The notes under the pieces are model-generated. The model was not told the origin of the DNA, did no database searches, and saw only the letters and a program-made list of their open reading frames with translations. The translations under genes were made by a program, and so were the position numbers. A stretch of 64,000 nucleotides of DNA from Deltaproteobacteria bacterium (GTDB lineage: Bacteria > Myxococcota_A > UBA796 > SXON01). Every line of letters starts with the position of its first letter. Position 1 is the first letter of the stretch. Shown one piece after another: positions 45,352 to 55,602 of the stretch. Where the stretch lies: contig CANKTH010000002.1 of the NCBI GenBank assembly GCA_947486185.1, positions 47,946 through 111,945 on the forward strand, read 5' to 3'.

Positions 45352-46458
45352 ATGGGCTTCGGCCCCGATCTGCTCGCTCAAACCGACATCTCTCTCCTCC
45401 ACCCCGAGACCCGTGTCGCGCGTGTCGCTTTTCGCTCCCACGACCAGGTGTCCCTACTTCTTCCTCCTGAAAGCCCCAATCTGCCCCATGCGCCGGACTG
45501 CCCACGCGCGCGTCTCGCTCCCCGGATCCCCAACCTCGCAGACCCCCACGATCCCGACGCCGAGAGCGCCCACTCCGTCGTCGTTGGCGACTGGGTGCTC
45601 TGTCGGCTCGACCACGATCCTCCGTCGGTCAGCCACCGCTTCGGCCGCCGGAGCCTGCTTCGACGCCGAGATCCCGGCGGCACCGTGCAGCCGGTGGGCG
45701 CGAACCTCGACCTGGCCGTGGTCTGCATGGCGATGGGGCACGACCTCAACCTCCGGCGTTTTGAGCGTTGGTTGGCGGTGATCCGCGACGCGGGGGTGCC
45801 GGCGATGCTCCTCTTGACCAAAGCGGACGCGGGCGTCGATGTGGCGCCGACCATAGCCGCGTTCGAGGCCGTGAGCCAGGGCGTGCCCGTCCTGCCGGTG
45901 AGCGCAGCGGAGAACCGCGGCCGCGACGCGCTGATCTCCGCGCTGAAACCAGGGAGCACGATCGCGCTCCTCGGCGCCTCGGGGGTCGGAAAGTCCACCT
46001 TGATCAACTGGATTGCCGGGAGGGCGATCCAGGAGGTGGGCGAGGTCCGCTCGGGGGATGACCGCGGCCGGCACACGACCACCGCGCGCGAGCTGATCGC
46101 GGTCAACGTGCCGGGAGGGTTCGCCTGGATCCTTGACAATCCCGGCGTGCGACAAGTCGGCCCGGTAGATGCCACGAGCGTGGACGACACCTACCCCGAG
46201 GTGGTCACCGTGCTCCGGGCCTGCCGCTTCCGGGATTGCCGCCACAGCGGGGACCAGGGGTGCGCCGTGCCCCAGGCGCTGGACGACGGCCGCCTGGAGC
46301 CCGCGCGATGGCGCTCCTACCAGAAGCTCCAGCGCGAGCTCGCCTGGGCCGAAGATCGCGACGATCCTTCGGCGATGGCGACACGGCGCGCAGGATGGAA
46401 GAGGATCCATCAACAGGCGGCGGCCAGGAACCAGCTCCTGGGAAAGGGTCGCCGTTGA
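45352..46458 (+). CDS. rsgA: Ribosome small-subunit-dependent GTPase A
   Basis: Circularly permuted GTPase: LLTKAD, GASGVGKSTLIN, GRHTTT, DNPGVRQ. Zn knuckle CRFRDCRHSGDQGCAV. Confidence 0.9.
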   Translation: MGFGPDLLAQTDISLLHPETRVARVAFRSHDQVSLLLPPESPNLPHAPDCPRARLAPRIPNLADPHDPDAESAHSVVVGDWVLCRLDHDPPSVSHRFGRRSLLRRRDPGGTVQPVGANLDLAVVCMAMGHDLNLRRFERWLAVIRDAGVPAMLLLTKADAGVDVAPTIAAFEAVSQGVPVLPVSAAENRGRDALISALKPGSTIALLGASGVGKSTLINWIAGRAIQEVGEVRSGDDRGRHTTTARELIAVNVPGGFAWILDNPGVRQVGPVDATSVDDTYPEVVTVLRACRFRDCRHSGDQGCAVPQALDDGRLEPARWRSYQKLQRELAWAEDRDDPSAMATRRAGWKRIHQQAAARNQLLGKGRR

Positions 46459-46487
46459 CGGAGCGGTCGCGGCGTTAGACGGTAGAT

Positions 46488-47363
46488 ATGGAACTCCGCC
46501 ACACCTGCTTGTCCTGCGGCGGTAGCTGCCGCGGGGCGCGCGTCACGCTTTTGGCGGAGGAGCGCGCCCGCATCGAGGATCTCGCGGCCCGGCTCGGCGT
46601 CCCGGAGCCCGTCGTGGACGGCCGGCTCCGGGTGGTGGACGACGCCTGCGTTTTCGCGACCGCTGAAGGATTATGTGCGATTCACCGAGAGTTTGGCGCG
46701 AGCGCCAAGCCGGCGATCTGCGCGCAGTATCCTCTGGTGGCCCTCCGGGTGGGGGAGCAGCGTCGTATCGGCATCGATCCAGGATGTTACACCGCATTTC
46801 GCACCTGGCGCACGGGTGAGCGCCTGGAGCCCGCCCATATGTTGATGAGCTCGGGCTCACCCGATCCGGGGCTGGTACAGCTGGAGGCAATGCTCCTCGG
46901 GCTTCTGGCGGCGCAGGGCTGGCGAGGCCTCCTGGTGGGTCTCGTCCGTCCCGGCTTCGAGTCTCGATGGATCGCCGCCCTGAACACCCTGCGCCTCTCA
47001 GAGCTCCTGGCGCGTCCGGGCACCTCCCGTGACCAATCCGCGGGCCTGGCCGCGCTCGCGACCGCCTTACCCGGTTGGACCGAGCCCCCGAGCTCCACGC
47101 CCCTGGACCCCGAGCTCGACGCCTGGGTTACCGAGGTAGTACGCCGAATGATCCACCTTCGGCTTGCCGCGGGGGTGCCCACGCCCGCCGCCGTTGCGCT
47201 GCTTGTCGCGGGCGGAGCCCTGGCGCTGTCCTGGGTGGATCCACGGCCCGAATGTTTTGCGCCCGCGCTGGCGGCGTGGGCCAGGGCGGTGAGGACGCCT
47301 CAGGTTTGGGCGAAGCTCCTCCCTTCACCCGAAGCGCTCAAGGCTCTGGCGGCGGGAGGCTGA
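46488..47363 (+). CDS. Cysteine-cluster (YkgJ-like / Fe-S or Zn binding) protein
   Basis: CLSCGGSCRGARV...CVFATAEGLCAIH...ICAQYP N-terminal pattern. The C-terminal half is unassigned. Confidence 0.5.
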   Translation: MELRHTCLSCGGSCRGARVTLLAEERARIEDLAARLGVPEPVVDGRLRVVDDACVFATAEGLCAIHREFGASAKPAICAQYPLVALRVGEQRRIGIDPGCYTAFRTWRTGERLEPAHMLMSSGSPDPGLVQLEAMLLGLLAAQGWRGLLVGLVRPGFESRWIAALNTLRLSELLARPGTSRDQSAGLAALATALPGWTEPPSSTPLDPELDAWVTEVVRRMIHLRLAAGVPTPAAVALLVAGGALALSWVDPRPECFAPALAAWARAVRTPQVWAKLLPSPEALKALAAGG

Positions 47364-47685
47364 GACCCGCCCCCACGGGGGCCTCGGGATTCAAAAGCAC
47401 GGCCAACAAGGCCGCCTCTTCGTCTGGCCCGACGACGCCCCACGCGTGGTCGGGCAGGAGCCCCACCATCACGCCTTCGGCCGGACACACCCCCAGGCAG
47501 CTCGTGCCGATCACCTGAACGGCACCCCGTTTTCCACCCTCCTTCACCGCGCGCTTCAGGCGTTCCCGCAGCTCCACCCCGCCGTGCCGGCCGCAAGAGG
47601 GTTTTCCCGTCTCGGGGGCGCGTTGGTTGGTACAAATCTGGAGCTGCCGGTGCGTAAAAGGCGTGGGTACGGGTCGAAAGGCCAT
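47338..47685 (-). CDS. Thioredoxin-like [2Fe-2S] ferredoxin domain protein
   Basis: Start at ATG 47685. ICTNQRAPETGKPSCGRHGG...GTSCLGVCPAEGVMV. Confidence 0.7.
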   Translation of the reverse strand: MAFRPVPTPFTHRQLQICTNQRAPETGKPSCGRHGGVELRERLKRAVKEGGKRGAVQVIGTSCLGVCPAEGVMVGLLPDHAWGVVGPDEEAALLAVLLNPEAPVGAGLSLPPPEP

Positions 47686-47731
47686 CACGCTGTCTACCCT
47701 CACCCGGGGTGTTCGCGCTACGTTGGCGGGG

Positions 47732-49381
47732 ATGAACGACACCTTCGACATCCTCATCATCGGCGGCGGGATCGTAGGCGCGGGCGCCGCACGTGACGCC
47801 GCGATGCGTGGCCTTCAAACCTGCCTTGTCGAGCAACGCGATATCGCCTTCGGCACTTCGTCCCGCTCTTCGAAGCTGGTCCACGGCGGGCTCCGTTACC
47901 TCGAGCAGGGAGAGCTCTCGCTGGTCTTCGAAGCGGTGTCGGAGCGGCGCGTGCTCATGGACATCGCCCCGCACCTGGTGGTGCCGCTGGGCTTCCTTTT
48001 CCCGGTCTACAAACACTCCCGGCGCGGCGTCTTCACGGTCAACATCGGCATGTGGCTCTACGACGGCCTCTCGCTGTTCCGTTCGCCCAAGATTCACCGA
48101 AACCTGTCCCCTGACGAGGTCCGCCGCGAGGAACCGACCCTTCGCAGCCAGGATCTCCGGGGCGCACCGCTCTACTACGACTGCGCCACCGACGACGCCC
48201 GCCTCACCTTGGAGAACGCGATCGACGCCACCGCCAACGGCGCGGTCCTCCACACGTGGACCCGCGTGATCGGTATGAGCCATGACGCGGGTGGGCGCGT
48301 CCACGGGGTGCGCGTGCGCGACGCCCACAGCGGCGAGGAGCGGGAGATCTCCGCAAAGGTCGTCCTCAACTGCACCGGCGCCTGGACCGACATGACGCGT
48401 GCGCTGGCCGGTCAGGCCCAGCCTCTCTTACGACCGACCAAGGGGGTACACATCGTGGTCGACCGCCGGCGGTTGCCGGTCAACACCGCCGTCGTGTGTT
48501 TCCATCCGGAAGACGGCAGGGTGCTCTTCGCGATTCCCTGGGGAGATCACACCTATATCGGCACGACAGACACCGACGAACCGGTAGATCCGGCGCTGGT
48601 GGCCGCCAGCTCGACCGACGTCGCCTACCTGCTCAACGCGGGGAATCACTACTTTCCCGGCGCCAATCTCACCGCGGAGGACGTGTTGTCCACCTGGGCC
48701 GGCTTACGCCCGCTCATCGCCCACACCGGGAGCGCCTCCTCGGTGAGCCGTGAGCACGAGATCGTGGTCGAGCCAGACGGCATGTTGACGATCGCCGGCG
48801 GAAAACTCACCACCTACCGTCGTATGGCGGCGGAGCTGGTGGACCGGGCGGTGAGCCTGCTCAAACTGTCCGGCCAGGTGCGGGCCACTCGGGACGCGCG
48901 TACCGACCAACGGGCGCTGCCGGGTGGCGTCGGTTGGCCGGAGGACGACGACCGCGGCCGCGTAGTGAAGCTCATTCAGGAGGCCGGCCCCGTAGATGAG
49001 CCGACAGCGAGGCTCTTTTGTGACACCTACGGGATGCGCGGCATCGAAGTCGCCGCGCGGATCCAGGAAAACGCCGCGTTGGGCGCCGCCCTGGTCGAGG
49101 GGAGGCCGGAGCGCCTGGCCCAGGTGGACTGGGGTGTGGAGAAGGAGCTGGCGCGGACCGTGTGCGACGTCCTGATCCGAAGGACGCAGCTCTACTATCG
49201 AGACACGGAGCAGGGCCTTGGGGCGGTCGACCGGGTAGCCGACCGGATGGCCGGGCTCCTGGGCTGGAGCGCGGACCGTCGCCTGCAAGAGGTGATGGCT
49301 TACCAGGAGGAGGTCGCACGAAGCCGGAGCTGGCGGGCGACAAGCGGGTCGGGCCCCTCGTTCACCCGCCCGGCGGATTGA
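47732..49381 (+). CDS. glpD: FAD-dependent glycerol-3-phosphate dehydrogenase
   Basis: Start at ATG 47732. FDILIIGGGIVGAGAARDAAMRG...GTSSRSSKLVHGGLRYLEQGE. Confidence 0.88.
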   Translation: MNDTFDILIIGGGIVGAGAARDAAMRGLQTCLVEQRDIAFGTSSRSSKLVHGGLRYLEQGELSLVFEAVSERRVLMDIAPHLVVPLGFLFPVYKHSRRGVFTVNIGMWLYDGLSLFRSPKIHRNLSPDEVRREEPTLRSQDLRGAPLYYDCATDDARLTLENAIDATANGAVLHTWTRVIGMSHDAGGRVHGVRVRDAHSGEEREISAKVVLNCTGAWTDMTRALAGQAQPLLRPTKGVHIVVDRRRLPVNTAVVCFHPEDGRVLFAIPWGDHTYIGTTDTDEPVDPALVAASSTDVAYLLNAGNHYFPGANLTAEDVLSTWAGLRPLIAHTGSASSVSREHEIVVEPDGMLTIAGGKLTTYRRMAAELVDRAVSLLKLSGQVRATRDARTDQRALPGGVGWPEDDDRGRVVKLIQEAGPVDEPTARLFCDTYGMRGIEVAARIQENAALGAALVEGRPERLAQVDWGVEKELARTVCDVLIRRTQLYYRDTEQGLGAVDRVADRMAGLLGWSADRRLQEVMAYQEEVARSRSWRATSGSGPSFTRPAD

Positions 49382-49437
49382 GCCTGAAAGCAACGAGGCC
49401 CTTGCAGGAGGCCCGCGTGACGCTACGTTGTCACGAG

Positions 49438-49995
49438 ATGTCTCAGACTCATCGCCTCGACCGTCTTCGAGCGGCCCTGCTCGCGTTCAGGGCGGCTGAC
49501 GCCGTGGAGTCCGGTCATCGGCACAAGATGCTGGCCCTCACCGCGGTGGAGGGAGATCCCTTCACGCGCAGCCACCTTGTACCTGGACACTTCACGGCGA
49601 GCGCCTTCCTGCTCTCTCCCGACGAAAAAGCGGTGCTCCTCATCCTGCACCGGAAGCTCCGACGATGGCTGCAACCGGGCGGGCACATCGAGAGGCACGA
49701 CGCCGACATCCTCGCCGCCGCTCGGCGAGAGCTCCTTGAAGAGGCGTCCGTAGCGAAGGCCGATCCGATCGGCCTCGAGCCCTTCGATGTCGACGTCCAT
49801 CAGATCCCGGCGCTGGGAAGTGAGCCCTCCCACCACCATTTCGACGTGAGGGTGTTGCTGCGGGCGCGTTCCTGGGCGATCCGCGCGGGCGCGGAGGTCG
49901 AGGACGCCCGCTGGGTGCCGCTGAACGCGATCGAAGAGGTCGGGACCGACGAGTCAGTGTTGCGGGCCACTCGTAAGCTCGTGGCGCGAGGCTGA
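49438..49995 (+). CDS. NUDIX hydrolase
   Basis: Start at ATG 49438. Nudix box GGHIERHDADILAAARRELLEEASV. Confidence 0.85.
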   Translation: MSQTHRLDRLRAALLAFRAADAVESGHRHKMLALTAVEGDPFTRSHLVPGHFTASAFLLSPDEKAVLLILHRKLRRWLQPGGHIERHDADILAAARRELLEEASVAKADPIGLEPFDVDVHQIPALGSEPSHHHFDVRVLLRARSWAIRAGAEVEDARWVPLNAIEEVGTDESVLRATRKLVARG

Positions 49996-50034
49996 CGCCG
50001 CCTCTACCGGCGCCCGCGGACCAGCATCACACGA

Positions 50035-50319
50035 TCAAGCCGGAATCCCGCTGTCGGCGGTCGCCTCGATCGGGAGGTCTTCCACCTCGGCCTCTTCGAG
50101 TCCGGCTGAGTCCGGAACGAGCAAAAAGGTAACTCCGCGGTCCATGTCGCGGACCACCACCCGACCTGACGCCCCCCGCTCACACGCGAGGTGGCGCGGT
50201 AATCCACCGGGCCCGGCGGGCAGGACATAACCAAGGGCCTCGAGCCAGTTGAACGCAAAGACAAACTGGCGGTCTTGTTCACCGTAAAACCAAAACAGGC
50301 ATCGTGTCCGTCCGGCCAA
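50035..50319 (-). CDS. Hypothetical small protein (94 aa, TTG start). Weak call.
   Basis: This is the only protein-like frame in the interval. Codon usage is less GC-biased than in neighbours. An in-frame TGA separates it from ORF 50320..50526. Confidence 0.3.
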   Translation of the reverse strand: MAGRTRCLFWFYGEQDRQFVFAFNWLEALGYVLPAGPGGLPRHLACERGASGRVVVRDMDRGVTFLLVPDSAGLEEAEVEDLPIEATADSGIPA

Positions 50320-50478
50320 TCAACCTCCAGGTCGATCGTATACCTCAACCTGCCCGCCGACCGCTTTGGACTTTTGGCGCTCTGGTCCAGGTGAGCGGAG
50401 CAGAGACCTTTCGTGACAGTAGGGCTTCGACGGACGACGGATAGCGACAGCCCGGCAAAGCTCGGATACAGCGAGGCG

Positions 50479-50838
50479 GTGCGACTTCTCGTGCTCCTCC
50501 TGGCTCTCCACCTCGGCTGCGCCCACCGGGTGCGGGTGGTGAGCGTGCCGCCGGGAGCGTTCATCTACCGCGACGATGCGCGGATCGGCACGGCGCCGAT
50601 GGACCTGCGGGTGCGGATGTTCAGCAACCCGGAGCTGTCATTACGGTTGCCCGGCTACCGTCAGCTGACCTTCGAGCCGGGGCGGAGGATCAGTGGTCCG
50701 CGCAGCTTCTGGCTGGACCTCCGTCGCCTTCGGTGGGGTCGGGCCCTGGGGTTGAGCACATCCACAACGCTCCGGGTGCTGCTGGTGCCCGACCACGCAA
50801 CCGTCGCGCGGGAAGGCGCACGGGCCGCCGCGCCGTGA
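50479..50838 (+). CDS. PEGA-domain lipoprotein
   Basis: GTG 50479 with GAGG upstream. VRLLVLLLALHLGC lipobox. VRVVSVPPGAFIYRDDARIGTAPMDLRV...LRLPGYRQLTFEP. Confidence 0.7.
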   Translation: MRLLVLLLALHLGCAHRVRVVSVPPGAFIYRDDARIGTAPMDLRVRMFSNPELSLRLPGYRQLTFEPGRRISGPRSFWLDLRRLRWGRALGLSTSTTLRVLLVPDHATVAREGARAAAP

Positions 50839-50968
50839 TCGGCGGCCCGGTCGGGCGGGAAAATTCTGAACCGCCAACGTGCGGCCCGGGAGAACTTTGG
50901 GGGCGCGGGGCGGGAAGGTCGGTTAGCAACGGCGCGCACGGAGGCCAGGCGGCTTCCCAGGAGGCCCG

Positions 50969-51328
50969 ATGGCGAAGAAGCACGAAGACGAGCCGGAAGC
51001 AGCCGAGCACAACCACGAACATGACCACGATGACGAAGAAGAAGACGAAGAAGGCGACGATATCGTCGTGCTGGCCGATGAGGACGGCACCGAGGCCAGC
51101 TATCGTTTCCTGGGCATCGTGGAGTTGGACGACCAGCAGTTCGCGCTCCTGACGACCTTGGAGGAGTCCGAGGACGAAGAGGAGCCGATGGAGGTGTTCA
51201 TCCTCCGCTATTCGCAAGATGAAGACGGTGGGGAGACCTACAGCCCGCTTGACGACGACGCGCTGTTCGCGCGTGTCCAGGCCGAAGCCGAGCGGCTCTT
51301 CAACGAGGCGCCCGAGCTCGAGAACTGA
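50969..51328 (+). CDS. DUF1292 family protein with acidic His/Asp/Glu-rich N-terminus
   Basis: IVVLADEDGTEASYRFLGIVELDDQQFALL...MEVFILRY fits the DUF1292 pattern. Confidence 0.7.
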   Translation: MAKKHEDEPEAAEHNHEHDHDDEEEDEEGDDIVVLADEDGTEASYRFLGIVELDDQQFALLTTLEESEDEEEPMEVFILRYSQDEDGGETYSPLDDDALFARVQAEAERLFNEAPELEN

Positions 51329-51440
51329 GGCCTGGGCGGTCCGCCGAAGATCGGCGATCAAGCTTGTCCCGCCCGACTCTGCAGTCAGGCGGGCACCGTG
51401 GCCCGATGCCCGAGCGGCTCGGGATACTGAACCGTGATAG

Positions 51441-53240
51441 ATGCCCCGGTCGGAGAGGCCTGTGAACACCTGGTGCTACACCCGAGAGCCCGGCACCGAG
51501 GGCAACATCATCACCGGGGAGGGTGACGGCCCCGGCGCCACCGTCGAAGCGCTCCTCGAACGTGAGCGCCCACCGCTCAAGGCCGCCTTCGAGATCGGCT
51601 CGGCGGTGGCAGATCTCTTGTGTATCTCGCTCGAAGACGGCCAGGTCCACGGCGACATCCAGCCCGTCTCCATCCGTGTCGACCAGCGCGGCGCGGTCTC
51701 TGTAGACGGCTGGGGCGTCCTCCGGCGTACCAACAGCTTCCCCGAAGGGGTGGGAGATCGCCCCGAAGCCGACGTCTACGGGCTCGGGCTCCTGCTGCAT
51801 GCCGTGCTCTCGGAGCGCCCGCCCGGTCCGCTCCCACGCGACCCCGACGCCCACGACGAGACGGTGGTGGATCGCGCAGTGGCACTGGAGCTCGGGGCCG
51901 TAGCCGGAAAGCGGTGGGTGGACGAGCTTCGCAGCTTCTTGTGCGCCTGCCTGGCGTGGAACCCCAAGGAGCGGCCCGCGCCCCTGGATGTCGCCAACGT
52001 GTTGGCGCTCGCGGCCAGCCAGACCCCGGGGGAGGGCCTGGCCTCCTGGGCGCGCCGCGCGTCGAGCGACGCCCCCCGCAGCAGGCCCGCCGCGCCGGTC
52101 GCGCCTCCGCCGGTCCGCGACGACCGCGAACAGCTCGGTGGCGCGGTCAGCATCTCCGTCCCGATCAAACGGGGCGCCGCCCGGCAGGCGCCTTCGAGCA
52201 AGGGCGCGAGCACGGCGGCCTGGACCAAAGAGAAGCTCGCCGCGATGTACGCAGATGAGGACCAGGAGTTCCTCGAAGAGATGGAAGCGCGCAAGCGCCA
52301 GTCTCCCCCAGAAATCCGGCGCGTCGCGATCCCGTCGCCGCCCGATCCACCGCCCCCGCGCGTCGCCCCTCCCGTCAGCCCCCCTCGCGCCGAAACTCGG
52401 CCCCAGCGCACCGACGTCGCGACCGTGGATATCCGCGGGCCCAGCGCAGCGGCCGAGCCCGCGGAGCCGGCGGGCCGGAGCAACATCGGGCTGATCGTCG
52501 GCGGCATCATCGCTGCGATCGTGCTCTGTAGCGGCGTGGTCACCCTGTTGGGCGGCGCCGGCTACATCTACAGCCTCGCGGGGGGCACCCCGTCCGAGAC
52601 CACCGACGAAAAAGCCAAGACCGACGAGCCCAAGACCGACGAGCCCAAGACCGACGAGACCAAGACTGGCGAGACCAAGACCGACGAGCCCAAGACCGGC
52701 GAGGCCAAGACCGGCGAGACCAAGACCGACGAGACCAAGACCGACGAGACCAAAACCAGCGGCACTACGAGCGTATCCTCGGCCGCTTCGGCCTCGCCTT
52801 CAAGCAGCTCCTCCGCCAGTAAATCCGGTAGCACCTCCTCGGGGAGCACCGGAAGCACGTCCTCCGGAAGCACCAGCAGCGCGTCGAAGAGCAGCACCGG
52901 CTCGAGCAGCGCCAAGACCTCCTCGTCCACCGCCGCGCCCCCCGCAACGAAGACAACCACGACAACCACGACGACCACGGCCACCACGAGCAAGACCAGC
53001 ACCGGCGAGCCGAACTTTTCGTCCTACCAGGTGCGCTTCTCCGCCAACGGCGGGGAGGCCAAGGTCCAGTGCGGGGACGGTCAGACCGCTGAATTTGCCG
53101 GTAGCACCTCGCTCACCTTCGTGGGTACGCAGACCTGTCGGGTGCGTATCGGTCGCGGCCAGGGCGCTGTGCAGGTGAGCCGAGGCGGCACGGTGACATG
53201 TAGCGACGACAACGGCAAAGTGACCTGTACGGGGCCCTGA
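51441..53240 (+). CDS. Membrane-anchored pseudokinase-like protein: kinase C-lobe remnant, Pro-rich linker, TM, KT(D/G)E(P/T) repeats, Ser/Thr-rich tract, Cys-containing C-terminal domain
   Basis: [17 protein letters not shown] (compare HRDLKP..DFG), [28 protein letters not shown]. No Gly-loop or VAIK lobe: an in-frame TAG sits immediately upstream of the ATG at 51441. [26 protein letters not shown]. Confidence 0.7.
   Translation: MPRSERPVNTWCYTREPGTEGNIITGEGDGPGATVEALLERERPPLKAAFEIGSAVADLLCISLEDGQVHGDIQPVSIRVDQRGAVSVDGWGVLRRTNSFPEGVGDRPEADVYGLGLLLHAVLSERPPGPLPRDPDAHDETVVDRAVALELGAVAGKRWVDELRSFLCACLAWNPKERPAPLDVANVLALAASQTPGEGLASWARRASSDAPRSRPAAPVAPPPVRDDREQLGGAVSISVPIKRGAARQAPSSKGASTAAWTKEKLAAMYADEDQEFLEEMEARKRQSPPEIRRVAIPSPPDPPPPRVAPPVSPPRAETRPQRTDVATVDIRGPSAAAEPAEPAGRSNIGLIVGGIIAAIVLCSGVVTLLGGAGYIYSLAGGTPSETTDEKAKTDEPKTDEPKTDETKTGETKTDEPKTGEAKTGETKTDETKTDETKTSGTTSVSSAASASPSSSSSASKSGSTSSGSTGSTSSGSTSSASKSSTGSSSAKTSSSTAAPPATKTTTTTTTTTATTSKTSTGEPNFSSYQVRFSANGGEAKVQCGDGQTAEFAGSTSLTFVGTQTCRVRIGRGQGAVQVSRGGTVTCSDDNGKVTCTGP
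52617..52751 (+). repeat. Nine tandem 15-nt in-frame repeats (aagaccgacgagccc and variants) encoding [10 protein letters not shown]
   Basis: Read directly: [45 protein letters not shown]. Confidence 0.9.
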
Positions 53241-53671
53241 TGCGCGTCGTGGTTCAGCGCGTCCGGCGCGCCTCGGTGACCGTCGCGGACGAGGTAGTGA
53301 CCCGTATCGGCCCTGGCCTCCTGGTGCTCCTGGGCATCGCCCCCGAGGACGGCACCGAACAGGTGCGGTGGATGGCCGATAAACTCAAGAACCTGGGGAT
53401 CTTCGAAGACGCCGCCGGCAAGATGAACCTCTCGGTCACCGACGTCGCGGGTAGCGTGCTGCTCGTGTCGCAGTTCACCCTCCACGGCGACTGTAGTCGA
53501 GGTAGAAGGCCAAGTTTCATCGGCGCAGCCCGACCTGAACTGGCCGAGCCGCTCTACCTCGGATTGGCCGCCGCCCTCGGCGCCGTCACCGGCCGTTTCG
53601 GCGCCCACATGCAGGTCGAGCTCGTCAATGATGGTCCGGTGACCTTGCTGATCGACTCACCGGCCACATGA
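53240..53671 (+). CDS. dtd: D-aminoacyl-tRNA deacylase
   Basis: MRVVVQRV...[10 protein letters not shown]...VSQFTLHGD...GRRPSF pattern. TGATG junction with the upstream gene. Confidence 0.9.
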   Translation: MRVVVQRVRRASVTVADEVVTRIGPGLLVLLGIAPEDGTEQVRWMADKLKNLGIFEDAAGKMNLSVTDVAGSVLLVSQFTLHGDCSRGRRPSFIGAARPELAEPLYLGLAAALGAVTGRFGAHMQVELVNDGPVTLLIDSPAT

Positions 53672-54474
53672 GCACCGTCGACCCCGACCGCCTGCTCCGC
53701 CACCGGAATGACGGCGTCCTCGCGGCGCGCGCCGCGGGGGAGCTCCTCAAGCGGCGCCCAGAGCGTGTCCACCACAAAGGAGCCATCGACCTTGTCACCG
53801 AGATCGATCTGGCCTCGGAGCGGACAATCCGCGAGGTGCTCGGACGGCTCGACCCCGCCGTGCCCGTACAGGGCGAGGAGGGCGGGGGCCAGGAGGGCGG
53901 CCTCCGCTGGGTGGTCGATCCCTTGGACGGCACAACGAATTTCGTCCATGGTTTTCCCTTCTACTGCGTGTCCATCGGGCTTTGCGACGGGCCGCGTCCC
54001 CTCGTCGGCGTGATCTACGACCCGGTGCGTGACCAGTGTTTCTCCGGTGCTCTCGGGGGAGGCGCCACCGTACAGGTCGGCGCCGCGCCCCCTACGCCGC
54101 TCGCTGTGTCAAACACCCGGGTGCTCTCAGACGCCCTGGTGATCACGGGCTTCCCTTACGATCGCGTCAAAAACTCGGTGTTTTACCTAAGTTATGTTCA
54201 GCGCGTTTTGGAGGGCACGCAGGGGGTGCGGCGAAGCGGCAGCGCGGCGATGGACATGACCTGTGTCGCCAACGGCTCCGCGGACGCCTTCTGGGAGTTT
54301 GGCCTTCATGCTTGGGATACCGCCGCGGGCGCCGTGCTGGTCGCGGAAGCCGGCGGGGAGATCACCCGGCTCGACGGAAGCGCCTGGGCACCAGAGATTC
54401 CGGAGCTCCTGGTCAGTAACCGGTGGTTACACGAGGCTTTTGTTCGGCTCTTCGAAGATCTGCCGCGGCAATGA
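53668..54474 (+). CDS. suhB: Inositol monophosphatase family protein
   Basis: [49 protein letters not shown] overlap with dtd. Confidence 0.85.
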   Translation: MSTVDPDRLLRHRNDGVLAARAAGELLKRRPERVHHKGAIDLVTEIDLASERTIREVLGRLDPAVPVQGEEGGGQEGGLRWVVDPLDGTTNFVHGFPFYCVSIGLCDGPRPLVGVIYDPVRDQCFSGALGGGATVQVGAAPPTPLAVSNTRVLSDALVITGFPYDRVKNSVFYLSYVQRVLEGTQGVRRSGSAAMDMTCVANGSADAFWEFGLHAWDTAAGAVLVAEAGGEITRLDGSAWAPEIPELLVSNRWLHEAFVRLFEDLPRQ

Positions 54475-54515
54475 CTCGCCGCGCCCAACGGCAGGCCTCC
54501 GGCATCACGAAGCGG

Positions 54516-55529
54516 TCAGTAGCAGGTCTGTAGCTCCAGGTTGCAGCTCTGCCCAGCTGGGCAGTCCGGGTCCGCTATACACGGCGTATGACCGACCACA
54601 TCGACGGACACGGTTCTCGGCTCGCTCACCTTGAGGTCGAAACAGCCCGCCGACACCTCTACCCGGTCGCCGGTCAGGCGCTCGATGCTCCCAGTGGGAA
54701 ATCCAGTGACCCCTACGTCCACCAGGAGGGACATCATCGCCGCCGGCACGCTGCCGCTCCCATCGTCGTCGAACCGGCACGAGAGCGCGCTCGGAGACAC
54801 GCCGTGCTGGTCGATCGACAGGCTCACCCGGACCTCTGAACGTTGAATCGGACCCGTAGGCGCCGGCCAGGTCAGGTCGAGCGCGACGCCCGACTCGATC
54901 TTCCATGACACACCCGCCATATCGAGCGGCTCCACCCCCACGCCGTAGAGAGAGACGGGTCCGTAGATCCCGCCCGCCATTTCGAGGCTGAGCAGGCTGC
55001 CAGGTACAAAGCCAGGATGTGGCAGCGTGGTGTCGTAGTAGCTGTTGCCGGGGAACAGTGGCTCCATCGTCACGGGCTGCACCATGCCGGTGAGCGTCAC
55101 GGTGCCCAGGTCCTGATTCGCCGGATAGGGCAGGCAGGTCCCGTCAAAGTCGCAGACCTCTCCCGGATCGCACGTGGGGGAGCAGTAGGGGTTGTTCCGC
55201 CGCAGCACCCGGCAGTCGCCCTCCGCGCCGATCTCCTCGAGCACGCTCGCCGGGATCACGCCGTCGGCGACGGTGCCCTCCACCGTCGTCTCGTCCACCA
55301 CCGACTTGACCAGAAATCCGCCCAAATCGTCCTCCATCTCGCACGTTCCCGAGAGAGGCACCGTCGCGGGGTCGGGGCTCTCAGGCGGCCCGGAGTCGGT
55401 CCCGGCAGTGTCATCGCCGGCCGGTACCTTGCTCTCGACGGGCGGGCCGTCCGAGGTGGCGGTGCACGCGTGGAGCAAGGGGCTCTGGGCGAGGAGGAAG
55501 ACGAGGGGGGGCAGGGGGGGCAGCTTCAC
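54516..55529 (-). CDS. Hypothetical Cys-rich secreted lipoprotein
   Basis: GTG 55529 gives VKLPPLPPLVFLLAQSPLLHAC with a lipobox. No family motif recognised. Confidence 0.55.
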   Translation of the reverse strand: MKLPPLPPLVFLLAQSPLLHACTATSDGPPVESKVPAGDDTAGTDSGPPESPDPATVPLSGTCEMEDDLGGFLVKSVVDETTVEGTVADGVIPASVLEEIGAEGDCRVLRRNNPYCSPTCDPGEVCDFDGTCLPYPANQDLGTVTLTGMVQPVTMEPLFPGNSYYDTTLPHPGFVPGSLLSLEMAGGIYGPVSLYGVGVEPLDMAGVSWKIESGVALDLTWPAPTGPIQRSEVRVSLSIDQHGVSPSALSCRFDDDGSGSVPAAMMSLLVDVGVTGFPTGSIERLTGDRVEVSAGCFDLKVSEPRTVSVDVVGHTPCIADPDCPAGQSCNLELQTCY

Positions 55530-55602
55530 CCCAGCAGCGTAGCAGCACCTCGTTGGGGCCGCCGCCCTCGCCGAAACGTGGGGCGGAGGGGTAGGATAGG
55601 CC

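Noticed and set aside
45454-46413. 319-aa minus-strand ORF
   Set aside because: Antisense to rsgA, which has a complete permuted GTPase motif set.
52617-52751. Regular short direct repeats as a possible CRISPR array (also the periodic repeats in 5582..8800)
   Set aside because: The repeats are contiguous with no spacers. They are in frame within long ORFs and encode a repeating peptide. No cas genes are present.
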